Assembly: GCA_965369805.1 (NCBI GenBank)
Contig: CBDURG010000001.1
Span: forward strand, 1-38,257
Origin: an uncultured bacterium
Lineage (GTDB): Bacteria > Auribacterota > UBA6266
Direction of reading: 5' to 3'
Length of the DNA stretch: 38,257 nt
Shown here: positions 11,094 to 21,200 of the stretch, one piece after another
Layout of the letters: every line of letters begins with the position of its first letter
How positions within the stretch are numbered: position 1 is the first letter of the stretch
Notes under the pieces: model-generated
Told to the model about the DNA's origin: nothing
The model's database searches: none
What the model saw: the letters and a program-made list of their open reading frames with translations, nothing else
Made by a program: the position numbers and the translations under genes

Positions 11094-11135
11094 GGATGAT
11101 ACATAAAAAACAGAAGAAAAGCAAAAGAGGATAAA

Positions 11136-11837
11136 ATGAAGTTAAAAGAAGCACTTCGCGGCATATCTTATGGAATGTATATTGTTTCAACCGAATTCGA
11201 TGGCAAACTAAGTGGGCAAGTCGCGAATGTCTGCAGCCAGCTTACCTCTGACTCTCTCAAATTCGGAATCTGCCTGAACAAAAAGAATCTCACGTGTGAA
11301 ATAGTTCGGAAGAGCAAAAAGTTTTCTTTATCTGTTCTCTCTGATGATACTCCCCTGCCCTTTATAGCCAAATTTGGTTTTAGAACAGGCCGGGATATAA
11401 ACAAGTTTGCGGACACAAAGTATTTCATCTCAGAAAAAACAAATATACCTGTGGTTAGAGAACATTGTATCTCTTATCTTGAGGGCAAAGTCGAAAAAGA
11501 AGTTGAAATAGACACCCATATATTCTTCATTGCCGGCATAGTAAACGCGGATATTATTTCAGCCGGAAAGTCTTTAACTTACGCGGATTACCATAATATT
11601 AAAGGCGGCAAAACCGCGAAGAATGCCCCAACGTATATTGAAGAAATAGAAACAAATAAAAAAACAAAGGAAGGTAAAATGAAAAAATTCAAGTGCCTGG
11701 TTTGCGGCTATATTTATGACCCGGAAAATGGAGACCCGGAGCACGGCATAAAACCGGGGACCGCTTTTGAAGATATTCCTGACGACTGGACATGCCCTGT
11801 ATGCGGCGCGGAAAAAAATCAGTTTGAAGAAATATAG
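11136..11837 (+). CDS. flavin reductase-like domain fused to rubredoxin (high-molecular-weight rubredoxin type)
   Basis: 233 aa. N-terminal FMN-binding split-barrel-like region and C-terminal [13 protein letters not shown]...[10 protein letters not shown] rubredoxin. Confidence 0.85.
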   Translation: MKLKEALRGISYGMYIVSTEFDGKLSGQVANVCSQLTSDSLKFGICLNKKNLTCEIVRKSKKFSLSVLSDDTPLPFIAKFGFRTGRDINKFADTKYFISEKTNIPVVREHCISYLEGKVEKEVEIDTHIFFIAGIVNADIISAGKSLTYADYHNIKGGKTAKNAPTYIEEIETNKKTKEGKMKKFKCLVCGYIYDPENGDPEHGIKPGTAFEDIPDDWTCPVCGAEKNQFEEI

Positions 11838-11860
11838 ATTAAAACAAAAAGGAGAGCAAA

Positions 11861-12214
11861 ATGAGATTCGCGGATTACATCAAAACCAGGGAAGCCGAGG
11901 GAAAAGAAAAACACGTCCCGTCAATTGATATAAAAGAATGTTCTTCCTGTAATGAGCTTACAGTAACTGTTCAGGTGGGAAAGGAGGTAACACACCCGAG
12001 CACAGTCGAACACCATATTAAATATCTACAGCTTTTTGGTGAAAAAAACGATAATAAGTTCGTCCACATCACCACCATGGAACTGGGTGAAGAAAACACA
12101 CTTCCCCGAGGAAAAGTAAATATTAAGAAGGGCACTTTTAAAAATATCATCGCTCTTTCTTTTTGTAATATACACGGTGTATGGGAAAACAATTTGGAGG
12201 TAAAAAATGGCTAA
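11861..12214 (+). CDS. superoxide reductase, 1Fe (neelaredoxin) type
   Basis: 117 aa. EKHVP, HP..VEHHI and CNIHGVW ligand motifs. No N-terminal desulforedoxin domain. Confidence 0.85.
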   Translation: MRFADYIKTREAEGKEKHVPSIDIKECSSCNELTVTVQVGKEVTHPSTVEHHIKYLQLFGEKNDNKFVHITTMELGEENTLPRGKVNIKKGTFKNIIALSFCNIHGVWENNLEVKNG

Positions 12215-12800
12215 TCTAAAAGGGACAGAAACAGAAAAGAATCTTATTGCTTCATTCGCAGGTGAATCACAGGCAAGAAACAGGTACACCTATTACGCTT
12301 CAGCGGCAAAAAAAGAAGGCTATATGCAAATCGAAGCGATATTTCAGGAAACCGCGGATAACGAAAAAGAACATGCTAAAAGATTTTTTAAAATTTTAGT
12401 TAAAGAACTGGGCGCGCAAGAACCCGCGGCGTCCAGGGTTGAAGCCGACTTCCCTGTTTCACTTGGAAATACGCTTCAGAACCTTAAAGCGGCCGCAGCC
12501 GGTGAAAACGAAGAACACACCAAACTTTACCCGGAAGCGGCAAAAATTGCTGATGAAGAAGGATTCCCTGGAATAGCAAAGCAGTTCAGAGAAATAGCAG
12601 AAGTCGAAGCCGCGCATGAAAAAAGATATTTGAAACTTGCCGGTAACATCGAAAACGATACCGTATTTAAAAAGAGCGGCAAAGTACTCTGGAAATGCAG
12701 AAACTGCGGATACATTCACGAAGGTGCCGAGGCTCCTGATGAATGCCCGGCCTGCCTGCATCCACAGGCTTACTATGAAGTTCTATGCGAGAACTATTAA
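12207..12800 (+). CDS. rbr: rubrerythrin
   Basis: 197 aa. Ferritin-like diiron motifs (GESQARNRY, E..H pairs) and C-terminal CRNCG...CPAC rubredoxin-like site. Overlaps the SOR gene by 8 nt. Confidence 0.92.
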   Translation: MANLKGTETEKNLIASFAGESQARNRYTYYASAAKKEGYMQIEAIFQETADNEKEHAKRFFKILVKELGAQEPAASRVEADFPVSLGNTLQNLKAAAAGENEEHTKLYPEAAKIADEEGFPGIAKQFREIAEVEAAHEKRYLKLAGNIENDTVFKKSGKVLWKCRNCGYIHEGAEAPDECPACLHPQAYYEVLCENY

Positions 12801-13420
12801 GCTGTTACAAGGCAAAAAAGCTCATAATAAAAAAAAGGCTGGCTGATTTCCAGGAAGTATGGAAAAAGGCGGATAAAAAAATCTTCGAGGAGCTTTGTTT
12901 CTGCCTGTGCACACCGCAGTCAAAAGCCGTAATGTGTGATAAAGCAATTTCCTCCCTTGAAGAAACAGGGGTTCTTTTCAATGGAAGCTTTGTTCAAATA
13001 AGCCCTTTTCTCAAAATAAACGGCGTGAGATTTCACAATAATAAAACGAGATATATTATTAAAGCCCGGAATTCGCTTTCAATAAACAAACAGATCCATA
13101 TAAAAGAAAAAATCCATACAAGCGATATTAAAAAAACACGCGATTGGCTTGTAAAAAACATAAAAGGACTCGGCTACAAGGAAGCCAGCCACTTTTTGAG
13201 AAATATCGGCTGGGGAAAAACCCTTGCCATCCTCGATGTTCACATCTTAAGAAATATGCTTAAACTGAACATTATCAAGCAAATCCCAAAAACTATTTCT
13301 AAAAAACAATACCTATCCATGGAAAAAAAGCTGGAACACTTTTCAAAAAAATCAGATATTCCCATGGGTGAACTGGATTTACTTTTCTGGTCTATGGAAA
13401 CGGGAAAAATTCTAAAATAA
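12785..13420 (+). CDS. ogg: N-glycosylase/DNA lyase, Ogg2/archaeal-type 8-oxoguanine DNA glycosylase
   Basis: 211 aa. ELCFCLCTPQSKA and HhH-GPD-like GLGYKEASHFLRNIG...LDVH motifs. Overlaps the rbr stop by 16 nt. Confidence 0.8.
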   Translation: MRELLSCYKAKKLIIKKRLADFQEVWKKADKKIFEELCFCLCTPQSKAVMCDKAISSLEETGVLFNGSFVQISPFLKINGVRFHNNKTRYIIKARNSLSINKQIHIKEKIHTSDIKKTRDWLVKNIKGLGYKEASHFLRNIGWGKTLAILDVHILRNMLKLNIIKQIPKTISKKQYLSMEKKLEHFSKKSDIPMGELDLLFWSMETGKILK

Positions 13421-13430
13421 AAATAGAAAA

Positions 13431-13508
13431 GTAGTTACAACGGGAAGTGGATGAGGAAGAAAATGGGAAAAGTCCCAAGCAAGCGCAGCGAGCGGGTGGA
13501 CTGTCCCT
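13431..13508 (+). repeat. structured terminator-like repeat, copy A (intact, unoccupied intron target)
   Basis: GTAGTTACAACGGGAAGTG...AAGAAAATGGGAAAAGTCCCAAGCAAGCGCAGCGAGCGGGTGGACTGTCCCT. Near-identical to 28788-28853 plus 30746-30750 and to the reverse complement of 32354-32405. Lies between convergent ogg and the GAF-ANTAR gene. Confidence 0.8.
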
Positions 13509-13513
13509 ATTTA

Positions 13514-14278
13514 TTATTTTTTCTTTCTTCCCTGGCGCATGTCACATGCCAGAATCATCGCTTCCGCTATTTCCTTCATGGTTTTGCGATTATCCATGGC
13601 AAATTTTTGTATCTTATTATAGGCTTCCTGCTCTGTTAATTTTTCTTCTTCCATTAACAGGCCCTTTGCCTTCTCGATTTTTTTACGTGATTCAAGTTCT
13701 TCCTGTATCACCCTGGTTTTTACCATAAGTTCGGTGTTTTCAATCGCGACGGCGGCCTGATGGGCTATGGTCTTCAGTATGTTGATTTCGCCGTAGGAAA
13801 ACTCATGAGTAACCGGAGTATAACAATTTATAACACCTATAACCTTTCCCTTAACTGTAAGAGGCACACAAAGCAGCGACTTTAAACCCTCATTTTTAGC
13901 CATATCATGATATTTATATTCCTTTTCCAAACTGACATCTTTTACCGAAATCGGCTTGTTTTCTTTCGCGGCCTTGCCTGAAATCCCTTCGCCTATCTTA
14001 ATTGGGGGTTTTTTATTATATTCATCACTTACGCTCTGGGTTGCCCGTATTGTAAGTTCTTTCTTTCTCTCGTCAAGAAGCATTAAAGTACATATATTTG
14101 AGTTCATCACCTGAGCGGTAACCGCGACTATAAGTTTAAGAATGTCTTCAAGATAGTTATCCGAAGCAATCGCCTTGCTTATTTTAAACAGGGCTTCAAG
14201 CTGTTTCTCATTTTCTTTCATATCAAAATCCTCATTTTTTAATGTCGAGATAGCAAATTGCTTTTTGTTCAAGGACAT
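13514..14278 (-). CDS. GAF domain + ANTAR domain RNA-binding antiterminator
   Basis: GAF-like core (LMLLDERKKELTIRA...GEGISGKA...) and C-terminal ANTAR (ESRKKIEKAKGLLMEEEKLTEQEAYNKIQKFAMDNRKTMKEIAEAMI). The likely true start is the ATG at 14221 (MKENEKQ), preceded by GAGGA that overlaps the upstream gene's TGA stop. Confidence 0.85.
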   Translation of the reverse strand: MSLNKKQFAISTLKNEDFDMKENEKQLEALFKISKAIASDNYLEDILKLIVAVTAQVMNSNICTLMLLDERKKELTIRATQSVSDEYNKKPPIKIGEGISGKAAKENKPISVKDVSLEKEYKYHDMAKNEGLKSLLCVPLTVKGKVIGVINCYTPVTHEFSYGEINILKTIAHQAAVAIENTELMVKTRVIQEELESRKKIEKAKGLLMEEEKLTEQEAYNKIQKFAMDNRKTMKEIAEAMILACDMRQGRKKK

Positions 14279-16847
14279 CCGCGTTCAGGCATATCGGCCG
14301 GCCCGCTTCAATACTGTCGGAATCTATTACTTTTACAGCCTGAGAAAGTAATTTTTCAACAGGTATCAAAGAATCCAGCTTATTTTTAGTGTTATTAAAA
14401 AAACATCTGTTTATCGCGCTGTCTTTTTTCTCCGGAAAAACAGCAAAATATAACATATCTACTTCAACAAGGTCATTAAAAAAATGCGTTCCCAGCGATA
14501 TGTCCGGAATCAGGTTCTCATCCATAGCCGCGACTTCACATATAACAGAAACGGTATCTATCTCCGCGAATGAAACAGGCACGCCTAAAGAAGGCGTGGT
14601 GGTCCCCCATCTTCCCGGGCCGATAAGCATAATTTTGGGGATTTTTCCCTTGTCTTTGAGATGGGTAATCCGGCCGATTAAACGGGCAACGGAATATCTG
14701 TCTGTCATTTTCATTTTACTATAAACTTCAGGAACAACATAAATAATTCTGTCAACTGTCGTAGAAATACTGCTGCCGATAATCGGCCCTCTTGTTTTCA
14801 GCAATATCTGCTCGTCCTTTATAGATACCGGGGCCTTGACTTTCCGCAGGTTTCCTTTTATCTGAAACGGCCTGCATTGAAGCAGGTTTATGTTATAATC
14901 CTGCCGGTCGTCCAGAAAATTCGCCGTGAATTCCACATCCACGGGATGATTATAAGCTTTTTGAAGAATCTTAAGCATTTTCGCCATATCACCGACAAAT
15001 CCTGTTCTTAATAAAAGCTCGTCAAAAGTCAGCACCCATGAGAACACATTTTTTGTTCCGTATTCTCTGGCTTTTCTTTCAACTTCCTTATCACGGGAGG
15101 CAAACATCTTAAGGTCAAATTCAGGCGCTCCCCGCACCACTTCCTCAAAATCTTTTGTTATATAACGGTTGTCATGTAAGTCAAGAACATCCACACAATG
15201 CTGAGAGTACTTTCTAACATCAGCAAGGCTTCCTTCCGGGCGCCTCTCCGGCGCATTTAAAGCCACTAGCCGTGTATAATCATCGTCACTTCTGTCAACA
15301 GCGCGGGTCCCTAAACCAAAAACCAGACGGATCATTCCTTCTTCCGGTTTAATTTCATTGCTCCATACATAGGGATTAAATGAAAACCCAACACCCGCGA
15401 CCTGAGGAAAATACTGAGTACCATATATAGAGCCTGAAACCCTCTGTACTAAAATAGCCATTTGTTCATCCCGGTCCAGCAGGTTCCAGCGCGCCCGGTA
15501 AGCTATCGCCTCTTTGCTCATTGTGCTCGTATAGACTATCCTGACAGCTTCTATAAATTTCTCCAGACGTTCTTCGGGTGTTCCCTGATTCGCGCAAAAA
15601 ACACTCTCGTACTTCCCGGAAAAAGCGTTTCCATACGCGTCCTCAAGAAGGCTTGAAGACCTGACTATAATGGGGGACTGCCCAAAATAATCGAGCATCT
15701 CCGTAAACTGATTTTTAATATAGTCCGGAAACTTACCGGAAAGCATGCGCTGTCTGACTTCCATAAACCCATCAAAAGATGTACCCTCTCTTTTTATTCC
15801 GCGCCTTGCCCACCAACAGCCGTTTTCAATAATATATGTATAAAATACATCTGACCCGATAAAAAACGAATCGTGGCATTCAAGTTTGTCATGTAATTCT
15901 TTATCTTGATTCTTCACTATAGACCGGGCAAGCAGCATCCCGAGAGATTTGCCGCCGATCAGGCCTGTACCTATCATCCGTTTGCCTATACCAACCACAT
16001 CTTTCAGGCTAAAATATTTCTCTATAAGAGACAGAACCCGCGGGTCTCTTGAAACTACCATCCGGACAAGGCGGCTAAACAGGGTTTTTTCTCTTGAGTC
16101 TTCCGGTTTTTCGTCAGTGCCCGAGTCAACAATCTCCTGCGCTTTCGTAAAGCTTCGGGCCCAGATATCGTAGCGGTTTATCGTAAAATCAAGCCACGGC
16201 TGGGAAACTGACCCGAGTATTTCCGCGATTGCCGCGCTCCTTACTTCCGGGATAAACCTGTCACCATTCCACTTATGAGGCATACACATTGTCTTGGAAT
16301 GCCGCTCATACACCTTAAGAGGATAGACATAAAGCTCGCTTTTTCTACGATAAATATCAAGAACCACCTGCGCGGTGCCGTGTATGGCATCAACGGCATA
16401 TGAGGCATGGTGATTCCTTAAAAGCCCGAAATACGCGACCGTGTCAAAGGTATAAAGATAAGGACATGTAAGCATAAAAAAGTTTCCCAGCATACGGTCA
16501 CTGTACCAGTCAACCGCAAGCTCGGAAAGAGAATCAAAAACATAACAGGCGCCATAACCAAATTTTTCGATAACATCAAAAATTTCAGCAATAAATTTTT
16601 CAAAGCCGGCATCCGGATGAATTTCATAAACATGAGCAGGAACACCCTTGGGAATAAGATACTCATGAGCGGCAAAGCGAAAATAAATTAGAGCCCGGCC
16701 CTGCACGTGAGCCTTTTCGCAGAAAGGATGAACAAATGGAATATAATCCCCTACAGCATCTACCTGGAAAACAACATTATCACCCGGACATATCCCCTGC
16801 AGGATACTATCCAAATCCGGAAGCCCTGTACTAAAGTTTTTATCCAT
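14232..16847 (-). CDS. uncharacterised PEP/pyruvate-binding (PPDK_N ATP-grasp) domain protein with degenerate KaiC/RecA-like N-terminus
   Basis: 871 aa. N-terminus STGLPDLDSILQGICPGDNVVFQVD resembles the KaiC/RadA GIPGLD..L.GG...G lead-in but has no GxxGxGKT. Central GGKSLGMLLA...IIVRSSSLLEDAYGNAFSGKYESV is the PEP synthase/PPDK nucleotide-binding domain signature. No TSHAA phospho-His swivel motif seen. Confidence 0.75.
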   Translation of the reverse strand: MDKNFSTGLPDLDSILQGICPGDNVVFQVDAVGDYIPFVHPFCEKAHVQGRALIYFRFAAHEYLIPKGVPAHVYEIHPDAGFEKFIAEIFDVIEKFGYGACYVFDSLSELAVDWYSDRMLGNFFMLTCPYLYTFDTVAYFGLLRNHHASYAVDAIHGTAQVVLDIYRRKSELYVYPLKVYERHSKTMCMPHKWNGDRFIPEVRSAAIAEILGSVSQPWLDFTINRYDIWARSFTKAQEIVDSGTDEKPEDSREKTLFSRLVRMVVSRDPRVLSLIEKYFSLKDVVGIGKRMIGTGLIGGKSLGMLLARSIVKNQDKELHDKLECHDSFFIGSDVFYTYIIENGCWWARRGIKREGTSFDGFMEVRQRMLSGKFPDYIKNQFTEMLDYFGQSPIIVRSSSLLEDAYGNAFSGKYESVFCANQGTPEERLEKFIEAVRIVYTSTMSKEAIAYRARWNLLDRDEQMAILVQRVSGSIYGTQYFPQVAGVGFSFNPYVWSNEIKPEEGMIRLVFGLGTRAVDRSDDDYTRLVALNAPERRPEGSLADVRKYSQHCVDVLDLHDNRYITKDFEEVVRGAPEFDLKMFASRDKEVERKAREYGTKNVFSWVLTFDELLLRTGFVGDMAKMLKILQKAYNHPVDVEFTANFLDDRQDYNINLLQCRPFQIKGNLRKVKAPVSIKDEQILLKTRGPIIGSSISTTVDRIIYVVPEVYSKMKMTDRYSVARLIGRITHLKDKGKIPKIMLIGPGRWGTTTPSLGVPVSFAEIDTVSVICEVAAMDENLIPDISLGTHFFNDLVEVDMLYFAVFPEKKDSAINRCFFNNTKNKLDSLIPVEKLLSQAVKVIDSDSIEAGRPICLNADVLEQKAICYLDIKK

Positions 16848-16858
16848 ACAAACACACT

Positions 16859-18280
16859 TTACCCTAAAAGAAATCTATCAATTGCTTCCGCGCATCTTCT
16901 GCCTTCATTAATAGCCCATACAACAAGAGACTGGCCCCTTCTCATATCACCGGCAGAAAAAACATTTTTTACGGAAGTTATAAAATTTTCATTGGTTTTT
17001 ACATTTCCACGCTCATCTTTTTCAACACCCAGATTATCAACCAACCCGTTATGCAAAGGATGTAAGAAACCCGCGGCAAGGACTACAAGGCCGGCATCAA
17101 TTTCAAACTCGCTGTCCGGGATTTCTTTCATTAATGAACACCCTTGTTTATCAGCTTTTGAAAATTCAACTTTCTTACAGATAATCTTGCTAACCCGGCC
17201 ATTTTTGCCTACAAATTTTTTAGTTAACAGAGACCAATACCTTTCTCCCCCCTCTTCATGGCTGGTGGACGTTTTTAACATCATGGGATAGGACGGCCAG
17301 GGATAGTCATCAGTACGGCACCCCTCCGGTTTTGGCATAATCTCTATCTGAACAACACAATTTGCTCCCTGCCGATGTGCCGTTCCAACACAATCCGAAC
17401 CCGTATCCCCGCCGCCGATAACAACTACCCTTTTGCCCTTCGCGTCTATTAACTCTTCCGAAAAGTTTTCTCCTGAAACCCTTTTATTCTGCTGTGTCAG
17501 ATAATCCATCGCGAAATGAATACCTTTTAGTTCCCTTCCTTCTATTTCTAAATCTCTGGGAACCCGGGAACCACCGGCAAGACAAACAGCATCAAATTCT
17601 TTAAGCAGCTTAGAGACTCCATAATCAATTCCAACATTAACACCGGTAATAAACTTAATTCCTTCTTTCTCCAAGATATTTATACGTCTGTCTAAAATCC
17701 ACTTTTCAAGCTTAAAATCAGGAATTCCATATCTTAGTATCCCCCCTGCCTTTTTAGCTTTTTCAAAAACGACTACACTATGTCCATATCTGTTAAGTTG
17801 ATCCGCGCTCGAGATTCCTGCCGGGCCTGAACCCACCACAGCAATTTTTTTGCCGGTTCTGGATTCAGATACTCTCTGTTTTACAAATCCTTTTTCAAAA
17901 GCATACTCAATAATCGCAAGCTCGTTTTCCCTTACAGTTACCGGATCATCATTTGCTCCCAACACACACGCGTATTCACACGCGGCCGGGCAAACTCTCC
18001 CGGTTATTTCCGGCAGATTATTCATTGCGTCAAGAAGTCTATATGCCTTTTCCCAATGTCCATGGAACATAAGATCATTCCATTCCGGGACATAGTTTCC
18101 AACAGGACAAGCCCAATTACAAAAAGGAATCCCGCAATCCATGCAGCGGGATGCCTGTTCCATCGATTTCTTATCGGAGGGTATTTGAAATACCTCCCTA
18201 TAATCTTTAACACGTTCACAGACAGGCCTGAAGTCTGAAGTTTGCCGTTTAAATTTTAAAAACCCTTTTGGATCACCCAT
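16859..18280 (-). CDS. gltD: glutamate synthase (NADPH) small subunit
   Basis: 473 aa. N-terminal Cys clusters (C..C..C, CPA.CE..C), GSGPAG and GGGDTG dinucleotide folds. Overlaps the gltB stop by 8 nt. Confidence 0.93.
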   Translation of the reverse strand: MGDPKGFLKFKRQTSDFRPVCERVKDYREVFQIPSDKKSMEQASRCMDCGIPFCNWACPVGNYVPEWNDLMFHGHWEKAYRLLDAMNNLPEITGRVCPAACEYACVLGANDDPVTVRENELAIIEYAFEKGFVKQRVSESRTGKKIAVVGSGPAGISSADQLNRYGHSVVVFEKAKKAGGILRYGIPDFKLEKWILDRRINILEKEGIKFITGVNVGIDYGVSKLLKEFDAVCLAGGSRVPRDLEIEGRELKGIHFAMDYLTQQNKRVSGENFSEELIDAKGKRVVVIGGGDTGSDCVGTAHRQGANCVVQIEIMPKPEGCRTDDYPWPSYPMMLKTSTSHEEGGERYWSLLTKKFVGKNGRVSKIICKKVEFSKADKQGCSLMKEIPDSEFEIDAGLVVLAAGFLHPLHNGLVDNLGVEKDERGNVKTNENFITSVKNVFSAGDMRRGQSLVVWAINEGRRCAEAIDRFLLG

Positions 18281-21200
18281 CGGATATCTCTGTTAGCCCC
18301 AATTTTTCGTCTGTTTTTTTAGTTTCTAAAATCCGCTTGTATTCAACGGGAATTATCTTAACAAAACTTTTCAAACTCTTCTTAAAATCCCCCAAAATCA
18401 TTTCTGCCTTTTCGCTTTGAGTATATTTATAATGATTATGAACAAGTTCATGTATCGCTGCCTCATCCTCATCATCAATCACATCAATGTTAACCATATT
18501 TATATTGCATCTGCTTTCAATCATGTTGTCTTCATCAAAGACATATGCAATACCTCCAGACATACCCGCGGCAAAGTTTCTACCGGTTTTTCCCAATATC
18601 ACAATTCTCCCACCCGTCATGTATTCACAGCCGTGGTCCCCAACACCCTCAACAACAGCGTTAACTCCCGAGTTTCTGACACAAAATCTTTCACCGGCTA
18701 TACCTCTTATATATACCTCACCGCTTATAGCTCCATAAAAACTCGTATTGCCTACTATAATATTTTCGTGAGCTTTGTATTTAGAACGCCTATCCGGATA
18801 AATAATTATCTTCCCGCCTGAAATACCTTTGCCTATGTAATCATTGGTTATCCCTTCCAGCTCAAAAGTAACACCCTTTGTAAGCCAGGCTCCGAAACTC
18901 TGGCCTGCCACACCAGTGAATTTAAAATAAATAGTGTCGTTCGGAAGGCCTTCTTCACCGTAAATCCTGCAAATTTCCCCACTCAACATTGCCCCGGTAG
19001 ATCTATTAGTATTGCAAACGCTAATCTCTTCGCGCGTCTGTTCCCTGTTCAACAGGCTTCTGCGCGCCAGTTTGATAAGCCTGCGATCGAGGACATTATC
19101 AATACCATGATTTTGCCGTCTTTTGCAAAACGTATCTACATCCTTTTTAACATCAGGTTTATACAAAATATTTGAAAAATCAATCTGTAAAGCTTTCCAT
19201 GGAATTATATTCTTGTTTACTTCCAAGAAATCCGTTCTACCAATCATATCATCCAAATTTCTTATTCCAAGAGAAGCCATAATTTCACGAAGTTCCTGGG
19301 CAACAAAGTTCATATAAGTAACAATGTATTCCGGCCTTCCGCGAAACCTGCTCTGTAAAATAGGATCTTGAGTGGCTACACCCATAGAACAGTTATTTAA
19401 ATGGCAATGTCTTAACATTACACAACCAAGAATAACCAGGCAGGCAGAACAAGTTCCATACTCCTCCGCGCCAAGAAGAGCCGCTATAGCAATATCCCTT
19501 CCGGTTCTTATTTGTCCGTCAGTCTGCAAAACTACTCTGCCTCGAAGATTATTTAAAACAAGGGTCTGATGAGTTTCTGACAGGCCAAGTTCCCACGGAA
19601 GGCCCGCGTGCATTATTGAGCTTCGCGGAGATGCTCCTGTCCCGCCATCACTACCGGAGATTAGAATCATATCCGCGCGTCCTTTCGCAACGCCTGCCGC
19701 GACAGTTCCAACTCCGATTTCGGAAACAAGTTTTACACTTATCCGAGCTCTCGGATTTACATTTTTCAGATCAAAAATTAGCTGTGCAAGATCTTCAATC
19801 GAATATATGTCATGATGAGGCGGCGGTGAAATAAGTGTCACACCCGGGGTAGTATATCTCGTACTTGCTATTGTCACACTAACTTTATGGCCCGGAAGCT
19901 GGCCTCCTTCGCCCGGCTTAGCCCCTTGAGCGATTTTTATCTGTAATTCATCAGCATTAACCAGATAGTTTGTTGAAACACCGAATCTGCCGGAAGCAAT
20001 CTGTTTTATCGCGCTTCTTTTTGAATGTCCGCTACGAAGAGATACAAATCTTGATGGATCCTCCCCTCCTTCACCAGTGTTGGATTTCCCTCCAATCCTG
20101 TTCATCGCAAGGGCAATGCTTTCATGGGCATCCTTACTTATTGAGCCAAAGCTCATAGCGCCTGTAACAAATCGGCTGAAGATATTATGTATTGACTCAA
20201 CTTCATCTATCGAAACAGGTTTAACCTTTGTGAATTTCAACAAACTTCTTAAGGTCGCGGGGTTATTTGACTGATCATTTATTAAACAAGAAAACTCTTT
20301 ATATTTATCATAATCATCGTGTTTCGCGGCATCCTGGAGAGCCGCAATGCTTTCCGGATTCCACAGGTGAAACTCACCGTCTTTCTTCCATTGATAAACT
20401 CCTCCTACAGGCAGCAGTTTTGAATTCCCGCCTCTTACGCGATAAGCATCCCTGTGCCGGGTCAAGGTTTCCTTCGCGATTACCTCTATACCTGCCCCTT
20501 CAATACGAGACACTGTCCCGGTAAAACATTTCTCTATAATTTCTTTATCTAACCCAAGTGCTTCAAATATTTGCGCTCCCCTGTAACTGCGTAAAGTTGA
20601 GATACCCATTTTTGAAAGAATTTTTAATATACCTTTCTTAAGCGCGTTGATGTAATTTTTCTTTGCCACTTCTATTTCTGTATCCAGCATACCGTCCCTA
20701 ATCATATATTCAATGGAATCAAACGCCATATATGGGTTAACACAGCCCGCGCCAAACGCGAACAGGAGGGAAAAATGATGAACATCCCTTGGCTCTCCGC
20801 TCTCTAAAATTAGAGCAATCTGAGATCGGGATCCTTGCTTTACCAAATACTGATGAACAGCTCCCACAGCTATTAATGCCGGTATGGCGGCATAATCCTT
20901 ATTCACACCTCTGTCACTTAAAATTATAAAAGTATTGTTTTCCTTTATAGCCGCGGCAGCCTCAAGACAAATTCTCTCGAGAGTTTCTTGAAAAGAGCTT
21001 TCATCTTTAGATTTAAAAAGAATCGAAATTGTTTTTGAACAAAATCCTTTTTGATTAATTTTTCTAATCCTTTCCAAATCCGCGTTTGAAAGTATAGGAT
21101 GTTTAAGCTTCAATTTGCCGCAATGCAACGGTGTTTCATCAAGAAGATTCCTTCTTGTTCCCATGTAACATTCCAGGCTCATGACAAGTTCTTCGCGTAT

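Noticed and set aside
13447-13728. Plus-strand ORFs 13447-13728 and 13451-13639.
   Set aside because: They start inside repeat copy A and run antisense through the 3' end of the GAF-ANTAR gene. No RBS, and the composition is implausible.
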